A stretch of 64,000 nucleotides of DNA from the sequence record OZ035743.1; one strand, written 5' to 3'. Shown here in pieces: positions 38,533 to 48,926 of this stretch. Made by a program: the position numbers and the translations under genes. The stretch comes from Phapecoctavirus DIJ07P1. The notes beneath the pieces were generated by a model. That model did not search any database. It was not told where the DNA came from and saw only the letters and a list, made by a program, of their open reading frames with translations. Every line of letters begins with the position of its first letter. Position 1 is the first letter of the stretch.

Positions 38533-41130
38533 CTAGTGACAGGACGCCCAGGAGTTACCCACATCATATCCGGCAGTAAGCTGAACATTAAGATTGTAAA
38601 ATTCTCCAGCCTTAGTAACAGCTAAAGCAGCAAGTTCACCTGCCCGACTATAGGCTGTAAACCATCCACCTTTGGGAGATTCATGAATGTTAGCCCAAAT
38701 TTGCCCTGTCTCTTTTTCCTTATTATGCTTCCATTCTTCAACTTTAGCAAGGCATTCTTTATCAATTTTCTTTTGTTCTTCAGGATCGTCTACTTTCTTC
38801 CAACCTAATGATTCAGGTGAAAACCATTTAAATTCTACAAGGTTACGAGAAACTTCAAGCTGGGCTTCATCGTGATATGCAATCATTTGTTGCACGAAGT
38901 CTTTATTCTTCCAGTCATCTTTAAAGAAGTCAACACTTAGCCCTTCTTCTTCGATCATGTCGTCATAAATAACCATTGCACGTTTAGCACAGATAACCCC
39001 ACCACTTTGGAACAGAGAGTTAAGAATCGCGTGAGCAGAACGAGTAGGAACCTTACGACCGTCAATACCCAAAACATACTGTTTACCAGTCTTAACCCAG
39101 AAATCGTTTAAACGTTCTTTAAGACGCGCCAGTGGGAATGCAGCTTCCCAGAAAGCATCGAACACCAGTTGCCCTGTGTATTTATCGCTACCAATTGTTT
39201 TAGCAACCTTGTCTGCTTGTGCACCATAAGTGATCCCGTATTTAACAGATTTCGCCGGACTACGTTCAAATTTACGCCCAATAGTATCTGTAATACGTTT
39301 TGCCATCATGGTATGAACATCGTTAGGCTTCTCTAACAAGAGAGCGTTACAGTATTCATGAGGCTCCGGTTCGTAGCGCCAACAATAATGCGACTCAATC
39401 TTTGCTTCCAAAGAGTCGAAGTCATAACCGATCTGGAAGTATTTAGGAACTTCTACACCAAACAAGTTACGCATCTCCCATCCAAACAAAGATGTGACAC
39501 GAGGGATATTGGCTACAGACCTATGCTTCATACGAGAGGTTGCAGCATCACATGTAGCGGCTGGTGTAGGAATACGCCCATCCGCCCTTACTGCGGCTAA
39601 GAAACCTTTATCGTATTCTTGATCTTCTTCATCTTCTTCCCAATCAGCACCGCCACCTAAAATAGAGTTCCTACGATGCTTATACGTTAAGTATTCTACA
39701 ATCTGAGTAGCATAAGGAAATTTCTCACCCAAAGCTTGCAGGTTAGGACAAATTTCTTTTTCCTGGCCTTTGGTAAAACATGGGTTAGTCAATACTTTAA
39801 GACCGCGACCTTTACCTTTTGCTATACGCTCTTGAATCTTCCTTTCCAAGGTTTCCGGTGTGCACTCCAGATGATCACAACGATCCTGACAAAAATTAGA
39901 AGATAGAGTTTGCTCAACGTAAGCTCGAATACCTTTCTGAAGTTCTTCCTCGCTCTTTTTAATCTTGGTGCCAGATTTAAGAGTCAAGTCTTTATCTTTA
40001 TATTCAGACGGTACCCAACCTAATCCTACAAGCCAGTTTTTAATATGGGTTGTATCGTTCAATGTTGCAGGGATGTTAGGATCACATAGAGGTTCATCTG
40101 CTGCAACTGGCAGTTTCCACTCTTTCCCCAACATAACTAACCACCAATCGCCATCCCTCTCTTCCAAATGACCATCATGTTTCTTAGCAAAATTAATCAT
40201 ATGGTTAGTTGGCTCTAAGTTCTTTTTAATTTGCAACTTAGGTGGAATAAAAGCCTTAAGATAACCTTTTGTTGCTGGTTTAGGTGGCAAAATAGGCTCA
40301 ACGAGTAAACGAAGACGCTCCATTTCTGCATCCAAAAAAGCAAGGTTCTCTTCTGCTTGCTTCATGTTAAAAGCAAACCCACGGTGTTCCTGGCGTGTAA
40401 TAATGTCTGCTACACGTTGTTCAAGTTCAAATGGACCTTCCCATTTATCATAATCGCCCCATTCTTCCATAAGGTAATTATATACGCTCGTATTGGCTTT
40501 GTTGTCATAGATACAGTAATAAAGCATATCCGCAGCAAAAGTCTTAAATCGATCTTCTTCTGGAATCTCTTTACGGAAATCTATTTTTACATCACCACCT
40601 GCCTTTCGAGAAAGTGCTGCCAAACTATGTCCTGATTTGCCCTCAATCTTTCGATCTGGGTTTAACACTTTACTCAAAATCAAGGAGTCAATAAGTTTTA
40701 CCTTATTTTTGCCCCACGTATTATATTTAACACTGTAATCTAAGCCATAAAACAGTTTTGTAGCCAACCAGTCATAGTTGATACCGTTGTGAGCCACAGC
40801 CATTTCAACTAGATATTCAGGCTTATCTTTAAAATAACCTTCATGATTAATAAAATCTGGGAAATCTTTTAGTTGAAAATGTGTGTAATCTTGCGCCACA
40901 TATTCTTTAAGAACATATGTGTATTTACCATCTGACTCTTCATAAGGACGCCCATCAAAGATGTATTTAGGGCCATCGTGGAAAGCTACTATTTCTCCTG
41001 TTTCATGGTTCTCTAAGACAATACAGTGCATTTGAAATGTGTCTTTGAGACGATAAGGACTAGCTAAATAATCGATAGTGTCATTATTCAACAATCCGTT
41101 TGCTTCAATATCCCATGTAAACTTACTCAC
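38533..41130 (-). CDS. family A DNA polymerase, T7 gp5-like, with 3'-5' exonuclease
   Basis: exo motifs DIEANGL and VAHNGINYDWLATKLF; pol motif A GYDFDSLEAKIESH, motif B RSPAKSVKYGITYGA, motif C AYHDEAQLEV. Confidence 0.9.
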   Translation of the reverse strand: MSKFTWDIEANGLLNNDTIDYLASPYRLKDTFQMHCIVLENHETGEIVAFHDGPKYIFDGRPYEESDGKYTYVLKEYVAQDYTHFQLKDFPDFINHEGYFKDKPEYLVEMAVAHNGINYDWLATKLFYGLDYSVKYNTWGKNKVKLIDSLILSKVLNPDRKIEGKSGHSLAALSRKAGGDVKIDFRKEIPEEDRFKTFAADMLYYCIYDNKANTSVYNYLMEEWGDYDKWEGPFELEQRVADIITRQEHRGFAFNMKQAEENLAFLDAEMERLRLLVEPILPPKPATKGYLKAFIPPKLQIKKNLEPTNHMINFAKKHDGHLEERDGDWWLVMLGKEWKLPVAADEPLCDPNIPATLNDTTHIKNWLVGLGWVPSEYKDKDLTLKSGTKIKKSEEELQKGIRAYVEQTLSSNFCQDRCDHLECTPETLERKIQERIAKGKGRGLKVLTNPCFTKGQEKEICPNLQALGEKFPYATQIVEYLTYKHRRNSILGGGADWEEDEEDQEYDKGFLAAVRADGRIPTPAATCDAATSRMKHRSVANIPRVTSLFGWEMRNLFGVEVPKYFQIGYDFDSLEAKIESHYCWRYEPEPHEYCNALLLEKPNDVHTMMAKRITDTIGRKFERSPAKSVKYGITYGAQADKVAKTIGSDKYTGQLVFDAFWEAAFPLARLKERLNDFWVKTGKQYVLGIDGRKVPTRSAHAILNSLFQSGGVICAKRAMVIYDDMIEEEGLSVDFFKDDWKNKDFVQQMIAYHDEAQLEVSRNLVEFKWFSPESLGWKKVDDPEEQKKIDKECLAKVEEWKHNKEKETGQIWANIHESPKGGWFTAYSRAGELAALAVTKAGEFYNLNVQLTAGYDVGNSWASCH

Positions 41131-41924
41131 TATTCCTCCTTTCTAATGTTCTCCAGAACCCACTGAAGTTCTTTTAAACTTAAACTTCTTACTCCCGCAG
41201 TTTTACTAGCTTCAGCTTTAAGTAACGGGTAAGCCTCAATGATACGCGTTTTAAGATCAGAAGTCAAGGCTTTTAAAAAATAGGTAGATGCTTCAGATAA
41301 AGAATCTTCTTCTGATAACACTTTACCTGCACTTGCTCCCGCTCTCCTAACGGCTATATCGTAGTCTTTACTGTTACCTAATACGAATAGTCGATTCTCT
41401 CCTAAAACAACGGGAGAACGCTTCTCGTTGCGTTTAATCCATATCTGGAATACACAAGGAACATCCCAAGGTTCTCCATGAAGAATAAAAGATCCTTTTG
41501 GACATTCTTCTTCGTAAAGAAGATGCATATGGGGATTTAGTTTGTGTGCAAAAAAGATTTTTTGAAATGTGCGAGGCAAGATAAAACAAATACCACCTTC
41601 GTTATCCAGCATTTCAGCACAATGGTTAAAGAATTTAATGGCAAGACTAGCATTTTTTCCAAATGGAGGATTACCGACAAAAGCAGTTACACTACCAACA
41701 GACTCAACAGATTGAGCTAAAAAATCTGCCTCAATACAATCTTCAAACTTAGGGTCAATATCAAAAGAAGTTATGTTTTTAAAACAAGAAGAGAAAGCTC
41801 CTTCTCCCGCAGATGGTTCTACGTAGTTAGCTTCCTCTCCAAAAATTTCTTTGATCTTATCACATAAGAACCCCGCATAAGCGGGGTTAGTGTAATATTG
41901 ATCAAGTGTGTTCAACTTGCTCAA
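41130..41924 (-). CDS. N6-adenine methyltransferase (gamma-class motif order)
   Basis: motif I EPSAGEGAF then motif IV VGNPPFGK; stop overlaps polymerase start. Confidence 0.5.
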   Translation of the reverse strand: MSKLNTLDQYYTNPAYAGFLCDKIKEIFGEEANYVEPSAGEGAFSSCFKNITSFDIDPKFEDCIEADFLAQSVESVGSVTAFVGNPPFGKNASLAIKFFNHCAEMLDNEGGICFILPRTFQKIFFAHKLNPHMHLLYEEECPKGSFILHGEPWDVPCVFQIWIKRNEKRSPVVLGENRLFVLGNSKDYDIAVRRAGASAGKVLSEEDSLSEASTYFLKALTSDLKTRIIEAYPLLKAEASKTAGVRSLSLKELQWVLENIRKEE

Positions 41925-41933
41925 TAGTCCTCC

Positions 41934-42365
41934 TTAGTTGTTAGCGAACTCAATAGTGAGGTCCACTTTACCATCATCAGAAATAACCATGTTTTTGGTA
42001 TTTTTAAAGATGATATCTACTTTACCTTCACTTACACGACAGAATGCAACACCATCTGCAACTTTATCAATATAATATTTGTAAGAAAGAATACCCACTT
42101 TACTACGACCAGCACCTTTTGTGAAAGAAGGGCTTACATCGAAACGGAAACCTTTAGAAGAAACAACACGGTAAGAACGTCCAGTTGGGATATGTTCAAT
42201 AACAGAGACATTGTTCTCAACAACTTTTACAGCAAACTCTTCAGGATGATCCTCAACAATCATGTGCGGAATGGCAAATGCCAACGCTTGTTTGTGTTTA
42301 ATAACACCAGCACCCAGAGCACCAGCAGCTTTAACTTTTGCATTCAGATCGATTGTCATACGCAT
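41934..42365 (-). CDS. hypothetical protein
   Basis: ORF track; own promoter upstream. Confidence 0.3.
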   Translation of the reverse strand: MRMTIDLNAKVKAAGALGAGVIKHKQALAFAIPHMIVEDHPEEFAVKVVENNVSVIEHIPTGRSYRVVSSKGFRFDVSPSFTKGAGRSKVGILSYKYYIDKVADGVAFCRVSEGKVDIIFKNTKNMVISDDGKVDLTIEFANN

Positions 42366-42398
42366 TTTTACTTCTCCTCTTGTTTGGTTGATGAGACA

Positions 42399-42427
42399 AG
42401 TATAAGTCCCTTCCGCAAAGTTGTCAA
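42399..42427 (-). promoter_or_regulatory. sigma70-like promoter TTGACA-N17-TATACT (minus strand)
   Basis: -35 at 42427-42422, -10 at 42404-42399. Confidence 0.5.
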
Positions 42428-42435
42428 CAGGTATT

Positions 42436-42460
42436 TTTAATAAAAGGGCCGAAGCCCTTA
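42436..42460 (-). terminator. intrinsic terminator after primase-helicase (minus strand)
   Basis: AAGGGC-TTCG-GCCCTT followed by TTTATTAAAAA on minus strand. Confidence 0.55.
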
Positions 42461-44236
42461 ATAGTTGCTATCCGTAGGCAAATTAGCAGGATTGTTGAAA
42501 TACTGCTCTTTGTCATGCAGAGTTGCAGTTCTAATATCATAGTAAAACTGCCCTGCTGGACCAGTCTCTGAGAACTCACGGTTTTTTAGGATAAAGCAAT
42601 GAGTCGTATTTCGTTCTACAGGGTCTTCAGCGGCTTTATCTCGTTCCAAAGCCAAGGTAATACCAGCACCTTTAGCCAAGAAACTACTACCCATTGCATC
42701 GTCCTCTGTTAAGTGTTCATTGCCACCATTAGCCGATTTCTTAACGTGTGAGATGACGATAATAGTTATAGCATACTCTTTCATGATGCGCTTCAACCAT
42801 GTTGCTAACTCTTCCTGGGCTTGAACATCCATACCAGAAAGCAAATCAGAATAAGGGTCGATAACAAGAATTGTTACTCCAAAATAGATGATCATCTCCA
42901 AAACTTTTTCTTTGATAGACTCCACATCTGCTCCACGATCATCACACACATAAAAACGTGGTGATCCATCTTCTCTTTCGTAAAAATCTAGAATTTTTTC
43001 TTTATTCTCTTCCAGGATTTGAAATTTCTCTTCCGGTGTTTTCCTATGTAGAGGAATGTGCAGGAAAGAGGACAACAGGTTACGAGAATATTTCTTATAG
43101 GTTGCTTCCAATGACAGAATACCGAGGGTATGTTCTGGGTGTGCAACGATAATATGTTTGGTGATCTCGTTCACCATCAAAGTTTTACCGATACTGGTCT
43201 TTGCCAGGATAACTGTAATCTCTTCCTCTACTAAACCACCACCCAGCATATTTGCAGCAACACGCATAAAAGGAGGCAAGGTAATCATCTTGGATTCCAA
43301 GCATTCTAATGCAGCTTCATACAAGACATTAGAAGCATAAACACCTGCTGGGGTGTATAGACGAGCACTCCAAAAAGCTTTTACGAAATCTTTTGCACGA
43401 CCTTCTTCCAGATACTGATTGGCATCCTTAAGATCCATCTGCATACGGTAGACTTTGTTACGAGGCAGCACCTTAACAATATTTTCAAATGCCTCATTAC
43501 CCGCTTTGTCATTATCCATGCAAACAATAATCTTCTTAAATTTTTCAAAGAAAGGATATTGTGCCTGAACTTGTTTATACATACTGGTTTCACCAGTTGT
43601 GCCACTAACTACTGCTGGAAGTTCATATTTGTTGTCCAAGTTTTCAGACAGCATCTGATAAGCTGCCAGAGCATCGTGTTCACCACCTGTAATTACAACA
43701 GTATGAGAACGGTCTGCAAAACGAATTTGTCCAAAAAGATCTACATCTTTACCTACTTGACCAATAGGTTTACTGAAATCTTTAGGATGAATACGACGCT
43801 TAAAACCAACCAATTCTTTACCGATAGTAGTCGGATATAAACAACTTTCTACTACCATCTGATCCCCTTCCTGACGGTATTCATAACGAACACCATAGAA
43901 AGATGAAACTTTTTCTTTAATACCTCGATAACCACGTGGGTTGGTTGATGTTTCTTGAACAATTTTACGATGAATCTGTTTATTAAATTCCGAACCCACA
44001 ATCTCCTCCTCTTCTTCTAAAACTTCACCATTTTCTCGTAACCATTCTACGCTAGGAATAGTGTATTCACACGCAAAGCACTTAGCACCTTTATGCTCTC
44101 CATTAGAATCTAATCCATAAACCATCAGGTTATTACGAGAGCGATCCTTGCCATTTTTCATGCAGCGCGGACAACCTGTATGCCCTTCCTTGCTAAGATC
44201 AACATCAAATCCATATTTAGTTATAATGTGCGACAC
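42458..44236 (-). CDS. primase-helicase, T7 gp4-like
   Basis: N-terminal zinc ribbon CPRC...CFAC, TOPRIM-like VVITGGEHDALAAY, Walker A ILAKTSIGKT. Confidence 0.8.
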   Translation of the reverse strand: MSHIITKYGFDVDLSKEGHTGCPRCMKNGKDRSRNNLMVYGLDSNGEHKGAKCFACEYTIPSVEWLRENGEVLEEEEEIVGSEFNKQIHRKIVQETSTNPRGYRGIKEKVSSFYGVRYEYRQEGDQMVVESCLYPTTIGKELVGFKRRIHPKDFSKPIGQVGKDVDLFGQIRFADRSHTVVITGGEHDALAAYQMLSENLDNKYELPAVVSGTTGETSMYKQVQAQYPFFEKFKKIIVCMDNDKAGNEAFENIVKVLPRNKVYRMQMDLKDANQYLEEGRAKDFVKAFWSARLYTPAGVYASNVLYEAALECLESKMITLPPFMRVAANMLGGGLVEEEITVILAKTSIGKTLMVNEITKHIIVAHPEHTLGILSLEATYKKYSRNLLSSFLHIPLHRKTPEEKFQILEENKEKILDFYEREDGSPRFYVCDDRGADVESIKEKVLEMIIYFGVTILVIDPYSDLLSGMDVQAQEELATWLKRIMKEYAITIIVISHVKKSANGGNEHLTEDDAMGSSFLAKGAGITLALERDKAAEDPVERNTTHCFILKNREFSETGPAGQFYYDIRTATLHDKEQYFNNPANLPTDSNY

Positions 44237-44248
44237 TTTGTTCTCCTG

Positions 44249-44527
44249 TTAAAATGGTTCGTTAGTCTCCATCATATATTCTGCTTCTAGTTCTTCCATA
44301 TGCTTTCTAAATTGGAAAGCAATTTCTGCTACAGTTACATTTAAATCTTTTTCAAAAACTTCTGTAGAGCCTTCATAAAAACGAATACCGTCAATTAAAA
44401 GCCCTCCGTGGTAATCCCAATCACTTTCACGAGAAAGCGGGTTAGGCTCTTCATAATAGTAATCCACCTCCACAACTAAGGCTTTCCCGTTACGAGTGGT
44501 GTATTCAAAATCAAAAGTGTTAATCAT
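44249..44527 (-). CDS. hypothetical protein
   Basis: ORF track. Confidence 0.25.
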   Translation of the reverse strand: MINTFDFEYTTRNGKALVVEVDYYYEEPNPLSRESDWDYHGGLLIDGIRFYEGSTEVFEKDLNVTVAEIAFQFRKHMEELEAEYMMETNEPF

Positions 44528-45471
44528 TATAGCTCCTCAAATAAAAGTCTACGACGCTCATTCAACACATCAATGTGATAATGAGTCCTGACATACTTAG
44601 CTAATGCTAATCCTTTCTCCATGCAAACATTAGGAGCACTTAATAAGTATTCCGTAATATCTTTCCACTCGGAAGGTGTTTCAGCAAAGAATAACAAATC
44701 TTTAAACTCTTGTGTATGATAATTCTCACGAGGAGAACAGATCAAAGGTAAACCCTTAGCACCTGCCTCAAGAATTTTAAGATTGCTTTTTGCATTATTA
44801 AACACGTTATCAATCAATGGCGCAAGACTGATTTGATGACCATCGTAAGATTCCATGTAGTTGGCATATGGTCTTACACCTTCATAAACACAAGTTGGTG
44901 CGACATTTTCTCTGATTACAGACCATTCACGACTACTTAAAACTTCAGAATCCCTACGAAAACCACATATTGTAAGATCTTTACCAAAATCAGGCAAGAT
45001 AGCCAAATCTTGTTTATGTGTTTCACTTCCAGCCCAGACTAATGGAGTTTTGGAGTAGCGATCACGGGTCAACACAAATTGACCTTCATCGTAAGGAAGT
45101 CCATTAGGGATTATGTGCACATTATCATTGTATTGTGAAAGTTCAACTTGCAAGGCAGGTGTCGTAGTTGTAACAAGGTCACTGTGCTCTAAAAACCATT
45201 TTAAATGTTCACGAATACCTGATTCAAAAATACCTTCTAACATGTGTCCTTTTGGAATAACTAAAGAGTCATCCAAATCCATAACCATTTTAAAGCCTAG
45301 GTTTTTAAGGGCTAAAAAGCCCTCTTTACCTTTTGTTGGCACTCCGTTAAAAACGAAAACGTTGTGTTTAGGTTGTGAAGAGAACTGCCTTGAGTAAGGC
45401 AGCACTACCCTATGGAAATCGCAGACACTATAATTGATTCCGTTACGATTGTCAAGAATTATTTGTCCCAT
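44527..45471 (-). CDS. glycosyltransferase-like protein, paralog A
   Basis: paralog of the adjacent gene (shared NLKILEAGAKGLPLICS, PLVWAG, HRVVLP blocks). Confidence 0.4.
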   Translation of the reverse strand: MGQIILDNRNGINYSVCDFHRVVLPYSRQFSSQPKHNVFVFNGVPTKGKEGFLALKNLGFKMVMDLDDSLVIPKGHMLEGIFESGIREHLKWFLEHSDLVTTTTPALQVELSQYNDNVHIIPNGLPYDEGQFVLTRDRYSKTPLVWAGSETHKQDLAILPDFGKDLTICGFRRDSEVLSSREWSVIRENVAPTCVYEGVRPYANYMESYDGHQISLAPLIDNVFNNAKSNLKILEAGAKGLPLICSPRENYHTQEFKDLLFFAETPSEWKDITEYLLSAPNVCMEKGLALAKYVRTHYHIDVLNERRRLLFEEL

Positions 45472-45478
45472 ACTTCAC

Positions 45479-46426
45479 CTACAAACTTTCAATAACCTGG
45501 CGTCGCAATTCGTTTGCATCTGCTAGATTATAGTGTGTTCGAACATGTTCCGCTAAGAACAAGCCACGATCTTCCCGATAGTTTGGATTGCGAAGAAGCT
45601 TAACAATTTCGTAATGCCATTCTGCTTTGTTCTCTGCGTAAGCAACAGCACGAGCATCTACAGGGTTAAAATAAGGTAATACCTTAGAACAAACAATCGG
45701 AATACCCTTTGCTCCAGCTTCCAGGATTTTGAGATTACTTTTACAATTATTAAAATCATTATCTACCAAAGGAGCTATAGCAATAGCATGACTTTCGTAA
45801 ACACTCATGTAATTATCTAAATCTTTTACAGCAGCTTTATATTTAGCGTTTGGTAAATTTCTGCGAATCTTAATCCACTCTTGTCCCGTGATGCTCTGTG
45901 ATGCTTCATATCCCGCAATAGTAAGAAGTTCATCATCGAAAGTATTAGAGACTAGTCGTAAGTCGGGTTCGTGACTAGCACCGCCAGCCCATACAACAGG
46001 GGTACCGGATGAACGATCATTTGACAAAGTGAATTGTCCACTATCAAAAGGAAGTGCATTTCGGATCACAACAACATTCCTATTTAAGTGACGGATCTTA
46101 TATGCCAAGTATTCCGTAGTCACAATAACCACATCAGCAAGCTTAACCATAGCCACAATAGCATGAGTGTTTGACTCGTATAAACTTGCCAAATAATGCT
46201 CTGGATTAAGTTGGTAAAAATCATCTAAGTCTACAACAATCTTAACACCTTGACGTTTCAAAGATAAAACGTATTCTGCACCTTTAGAGTGGATACGGTT
46301 AAACACAACAACATCTTTCTTAGGTTGAATATTATTGTTGTTAAATGGCATAACAATACGATGATAGTCACAACCGCTGTGAGGTTTTGCATCAATTTTT
46401 AGTTTAGACCATTTTTTATTTGACAT
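45479..46426 (-). CDS. glycosyltransferase-like protein, paralog B
   Basis: same length and conserved blocks as 44527-45471 (NLKILEAGAKGIPIVCS, PVVWAG, HRIVMP). Confidence 0.4.
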   Translation of the reverse strand: MSNKKWSKLKIDAKPHSGCDYHRIVMPFNNNNIQPKKDVVVFNRIHSKGAEYVLSLKRQGVKIVVDLDDFYQLNPEHYLASLYESNTHAIVAMVKLADVVIVTTEYLAYKIRHLNRNVVVIRNALPFDSGQFTLSNDRSSGTPVVWAGGASHEPDLRLVSNTFDDELLTIAGYEASQSITGQEWIKIRRNLPNAKYKAAVKDLDNYMSVYESHAIAIAPLVDNDFNNCKSNLKILEAGAKGIPIVCSKVLPYFNPVDARAVAYAENKAEWHYEIVKLLRNPNYREDRGLFLAEHVRTHYNLADANELRRQVIESL

Positions 46427-47099
46427 GTGCTAGTGCCTCCTCATAGGAAATTCGGATTTTCCCATTTTTAATATCCTCTAAAGATGCTTTATATTCTTCC
46501 CAGTTAATCCCAATAGCAGCTTCTTTCTCTTCTTTTGTCAGATTAGCAAAAGGCATAGGATTGTTTCCAAAAACATCGTCTGGGTGGATATAAGCCATGA
46601 TACGAAGTGGACAAGGTGTTGCCTGAATACCATGATTCAAACCAGCAGCTTTCAAACGGTGTCCCCATTCGGCATCTTCAAAACCATAACCGTGAGTGTA
46701 AGGGCGGAAATAACCCATCTTCTCAACAACGGCACGAGAATACATTGCAAATTGACACATTGCAAGTTCCCAGAGAATAACTTCTCCTTTGCTTCCAACA
46801 ACTTTATCTTTGAAGTACTCCGGCATACCAAAAAAATCCCATCCTCCAGAAACAGCTTGATCTACAAAGTATGTTTCCCATCCTTCCATGACTGGGTAGC
46901 AATCATCATCAAAAATAAACCAATAATCATAACCTTCTTCATAAAACTGGTGCATAAGTTCATTCCTGGCGTAAGCTACACCTTTACGATCTGGATCGTT
47001 GAATACTCGAAAATCTGCATGTGGATCTGTTACAAGATAGTCTTTAAGTGGACGGACACCTACAGTGATAACACCCACTCCGATTTTAATATTTTCCAT
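46416..47099 (-). CDS. GT-A-type glycosyltransferase-like protein (DxD motif)
   Basis: YWFIFDDDCYP acidic motif in a beta-alpha context. Confidence 0.35.
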   Translation of the reverse strand: MENIKIGVGVITVGVRPLKDYLVTDPHADFRVFNDPDRKGVAYARNELMHQFYEEGYDYWFIFDDDCYPVMEGWETYFVDQAVSGGWDFFGMPEYFKDKVVGSKGEVILWELAMCQFAMYSRAVVEKMGYFRPYTHGYGFEDAEWGHRLKAAGLNHGIQATPCPLRIMAYIHPDDVFGNNPMPFANLTKEEKEAAIGINWEEYKASLEDIKNGKIRISYEEALAHVK

Positions 47100-47107
47100 T
47101 TTCTCTC

Positions 47108-47671
47108 CTAGATAGTTTTACTGTGATCGTGACAGTGTAATAAATGATGTATAGACCGTTGAGGATTTGTTTGACCTAATCTGTAAATGTGAAACAGATA
47201 CATTCCCCGCATCAATCCTAACCTCTTTCCTTTTTCATGTAAAGTGCGAGAGAAAATTAGGTCGAATTGGATAGATTTTTCTTCGAAAGGAATTTCATTC
47301 CACAATGATTTTCTAAAAAGCAAAAAGAAACCTGCCAGAGGTGTTCCGAAAGGAACTTCTTCAACACTCACTTTATGATATTCTCTTGCAATCTTAGCAT
47401 ATTCTATATGGTTTAGAATATCTGGATCATCGTTAATTTGGTTAGAGAAAAGCTGATAACCACTACCTAACCTGTTACAAGTTGCACCTATTACATCAAA
47501 AGGCGGGTTTGACATAACAAGCTCTTCAAGCATAGATGGTTGATCAGGCAGGAGGAACATTGTATCGGTATCTCTTAAGCACACCCAACTATCATCTGGA
47601 AGAACGGCAATAGCTTCATTGATAGCCTTGCCGATATTTCCTGTCAGATAGGGAGTAATATAATAAATCAT
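47108..47671 (-). CDS. hypothetical protein, possibly nucleotide-sugar transferase-like
   Basis: VCLRDTDTMF acidic motif; weak. Confidence 0.25.
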   Translation of the reverse strand: MIYYITPYLTGNIGKAINEAIAVLPDDSWVCLRDTDTMFLLPDQPSMLEELVMSNPPFDVIGATCNRLGSGYQLFSNQINDDPDILNHIEYAKIAREYHKVSVEEVPFGTPLAGFFLLFRKSLWNEIPFEEKSIQFDLIFSRTLHEKGKRLGLMRGMYLFHIYRLGQTNPQRSIHHLLHCHDHSKTI

Positions 47672-47687
47672 TCTCCCCTCCGTTATA

Positions 47688-47879
47688 TTAACTGTCAGCT
47701 ACAATCCCACGTTTAATCATTTCTTGTTGGATTTGGATGACACGATCTCGTGCTTCCATATATTCTTTAAAAGATTCTTGGAGATGGTCACGAGCTACAT
47801 CCCGTAGTTTAATCAGCTTGTCGTTTGTCACTTCTTGAAGAGAGATCTCGCCAGTTTCATTGGTCCCAAGCGTTTTCAT
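47688..47879 (-). CDS. hypothetical small protein
   Basis: ORF track. Confidence 0.2.
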   Translation of the reverse strand: MKTLGTNETGEISLQEVTNDKLIKLRDVARDHLQESFKEYMEARDRVIQIQQEMIKRGIVADS

Positions 47880-48135
47880 TTACAACCTCCTTAATAGCTA
47901 CTGCACAGTTCTTACAAATACATTGACCTTTGTTCTTAGAAATTTCAATGTAAGGTTCATTTTCGTTTTCTCCGCGTCGTGAATCGTATATTACAGTATT
48001 GAAGCAGACAACGCAAATGTTTTTAATAACGACATATTTTTGCACTTTTTGTTTAGTGCGAAAATTGACTTCAATAACTTCTCCCATCAGTGAATCTCCC
48101 CTAAAATGTTGTTTTGAGACATTACTGCGGAGCAT
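47857..48135 (-). CDS. small Cys-rich (zinc-finger-like) protein
   Basis: CVVCFN...CICKNC. Confidence 0.25.
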   Translation of the reverse strand: MLRSNVSKQHFRGDSLMGEVIEVNFRTKQKVQKYVVIKNICVVCFNTVIYDSRRGENENEPYIEISKNKGQCICKNCAVAIKEVVNENAWDQ

Positions 48136-48371
48136 TCTACAGCATCATGAGTCCTTGCAAAACGCTCCCACAACACAACATCTACTTTAAGAACCATACA
48201 AGGATAAATACTGTCGTTGATCATATCAATACTGTATTTATCTACATCCTTTTCATCTTCCATAAACAAAGTAGCGTATGCTTCCAAATGCTTACGGGTG
48301 TAGTATACGTCCTCTTCGGTAAGACCGACAACCAGGTAACTTGCTACAACAACAGTATTATCTTCTTGCAT
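48087..48371 (-). CDS. hypothetical small protein
   Basis: probable start at internal ATG 48371, 1 nt past the upstream stop. Confidence 0.25.
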   Translation of the reverse strand: MQEDNTVVVASYLVVGLTEEDVYYTRKHLEAYATLFMEDEKDVDKYSIDMINDSIYPCMVLKVDVVLWERFARTHDAVECSAVMSQNNILGEIH

Positions 48372-48372
48372 T

Positions 48373-48894
48373 TTAACTCCCCTTTGGTAGATAGAAACCA
48401 TGCACTTTATCTCGATAAACAAGACGCATATCACGCTCCCAGTGTGTCTTTATATTCCGCTTCTTGAAGTATAGAGCACCTTTAGTAACATCTAAAACAG
48501 ACCGCAATTCAGGAAAATGTTTCTCTAAATAAAGTAAACGCTCCGCTATTGCTTTTGCTTCCTGCCACTTATCTTTCTCTGTTACGTTAAAAGTTTTCGC
48601 ATATGAGAATTGCCCTTTCTGGAACAAGACTCCTCTGACTGTGTTAGGAAAGTAGGCATCATTTCTTCTATTGATTACCACATTCCCAACGGCATTCATT
48701 CCTTTTTTACCCAGACCGCGACCTTCTGCGTAAATTGCACAAGCTAATAGAATTTTATCATTATATTGTTTTGTACATTTGTGAACTACTTTAGCGGTTT
48801 TTACGTTTGCAGCTTCGGCTTTCGCCACAACAGGTGTAAATGTAAAAGCAGTTAAGGATAGTAACGCAACTGTTACAAAGTTTTTTATCAGCAA
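48373..48894 (-). CDS. secreted SleB/CwlJ-like cell wall hydrolase (candidate endolysin)
   Basis: Sec signal peptide ending AKAEA; CAIYAEGRG...GMNAVGNVVINR matches the Hydrolase_2 signature. Confidence 0.55.
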   Translation of the reverse strand: MLIKNFVTVALLSLTAFTFTPVVAKAEAANVKTAKVVHKCTKQYNDKILLACAIYAEGRGLGKKGMNAVGNVVINRRNDAYFPNTVRGVLFQKGQFSYAKTFNVTEKDKWQEAKAIAERLLYLEKHFPELRSVLDVTKGALYFKKRNIKTHWERDMRLVYRDKVHGFYLPKGS

Positions 48895-48926
48895 ATTTTG
48901 CCTCCTTTTTAAGTTAACGAACTTCT

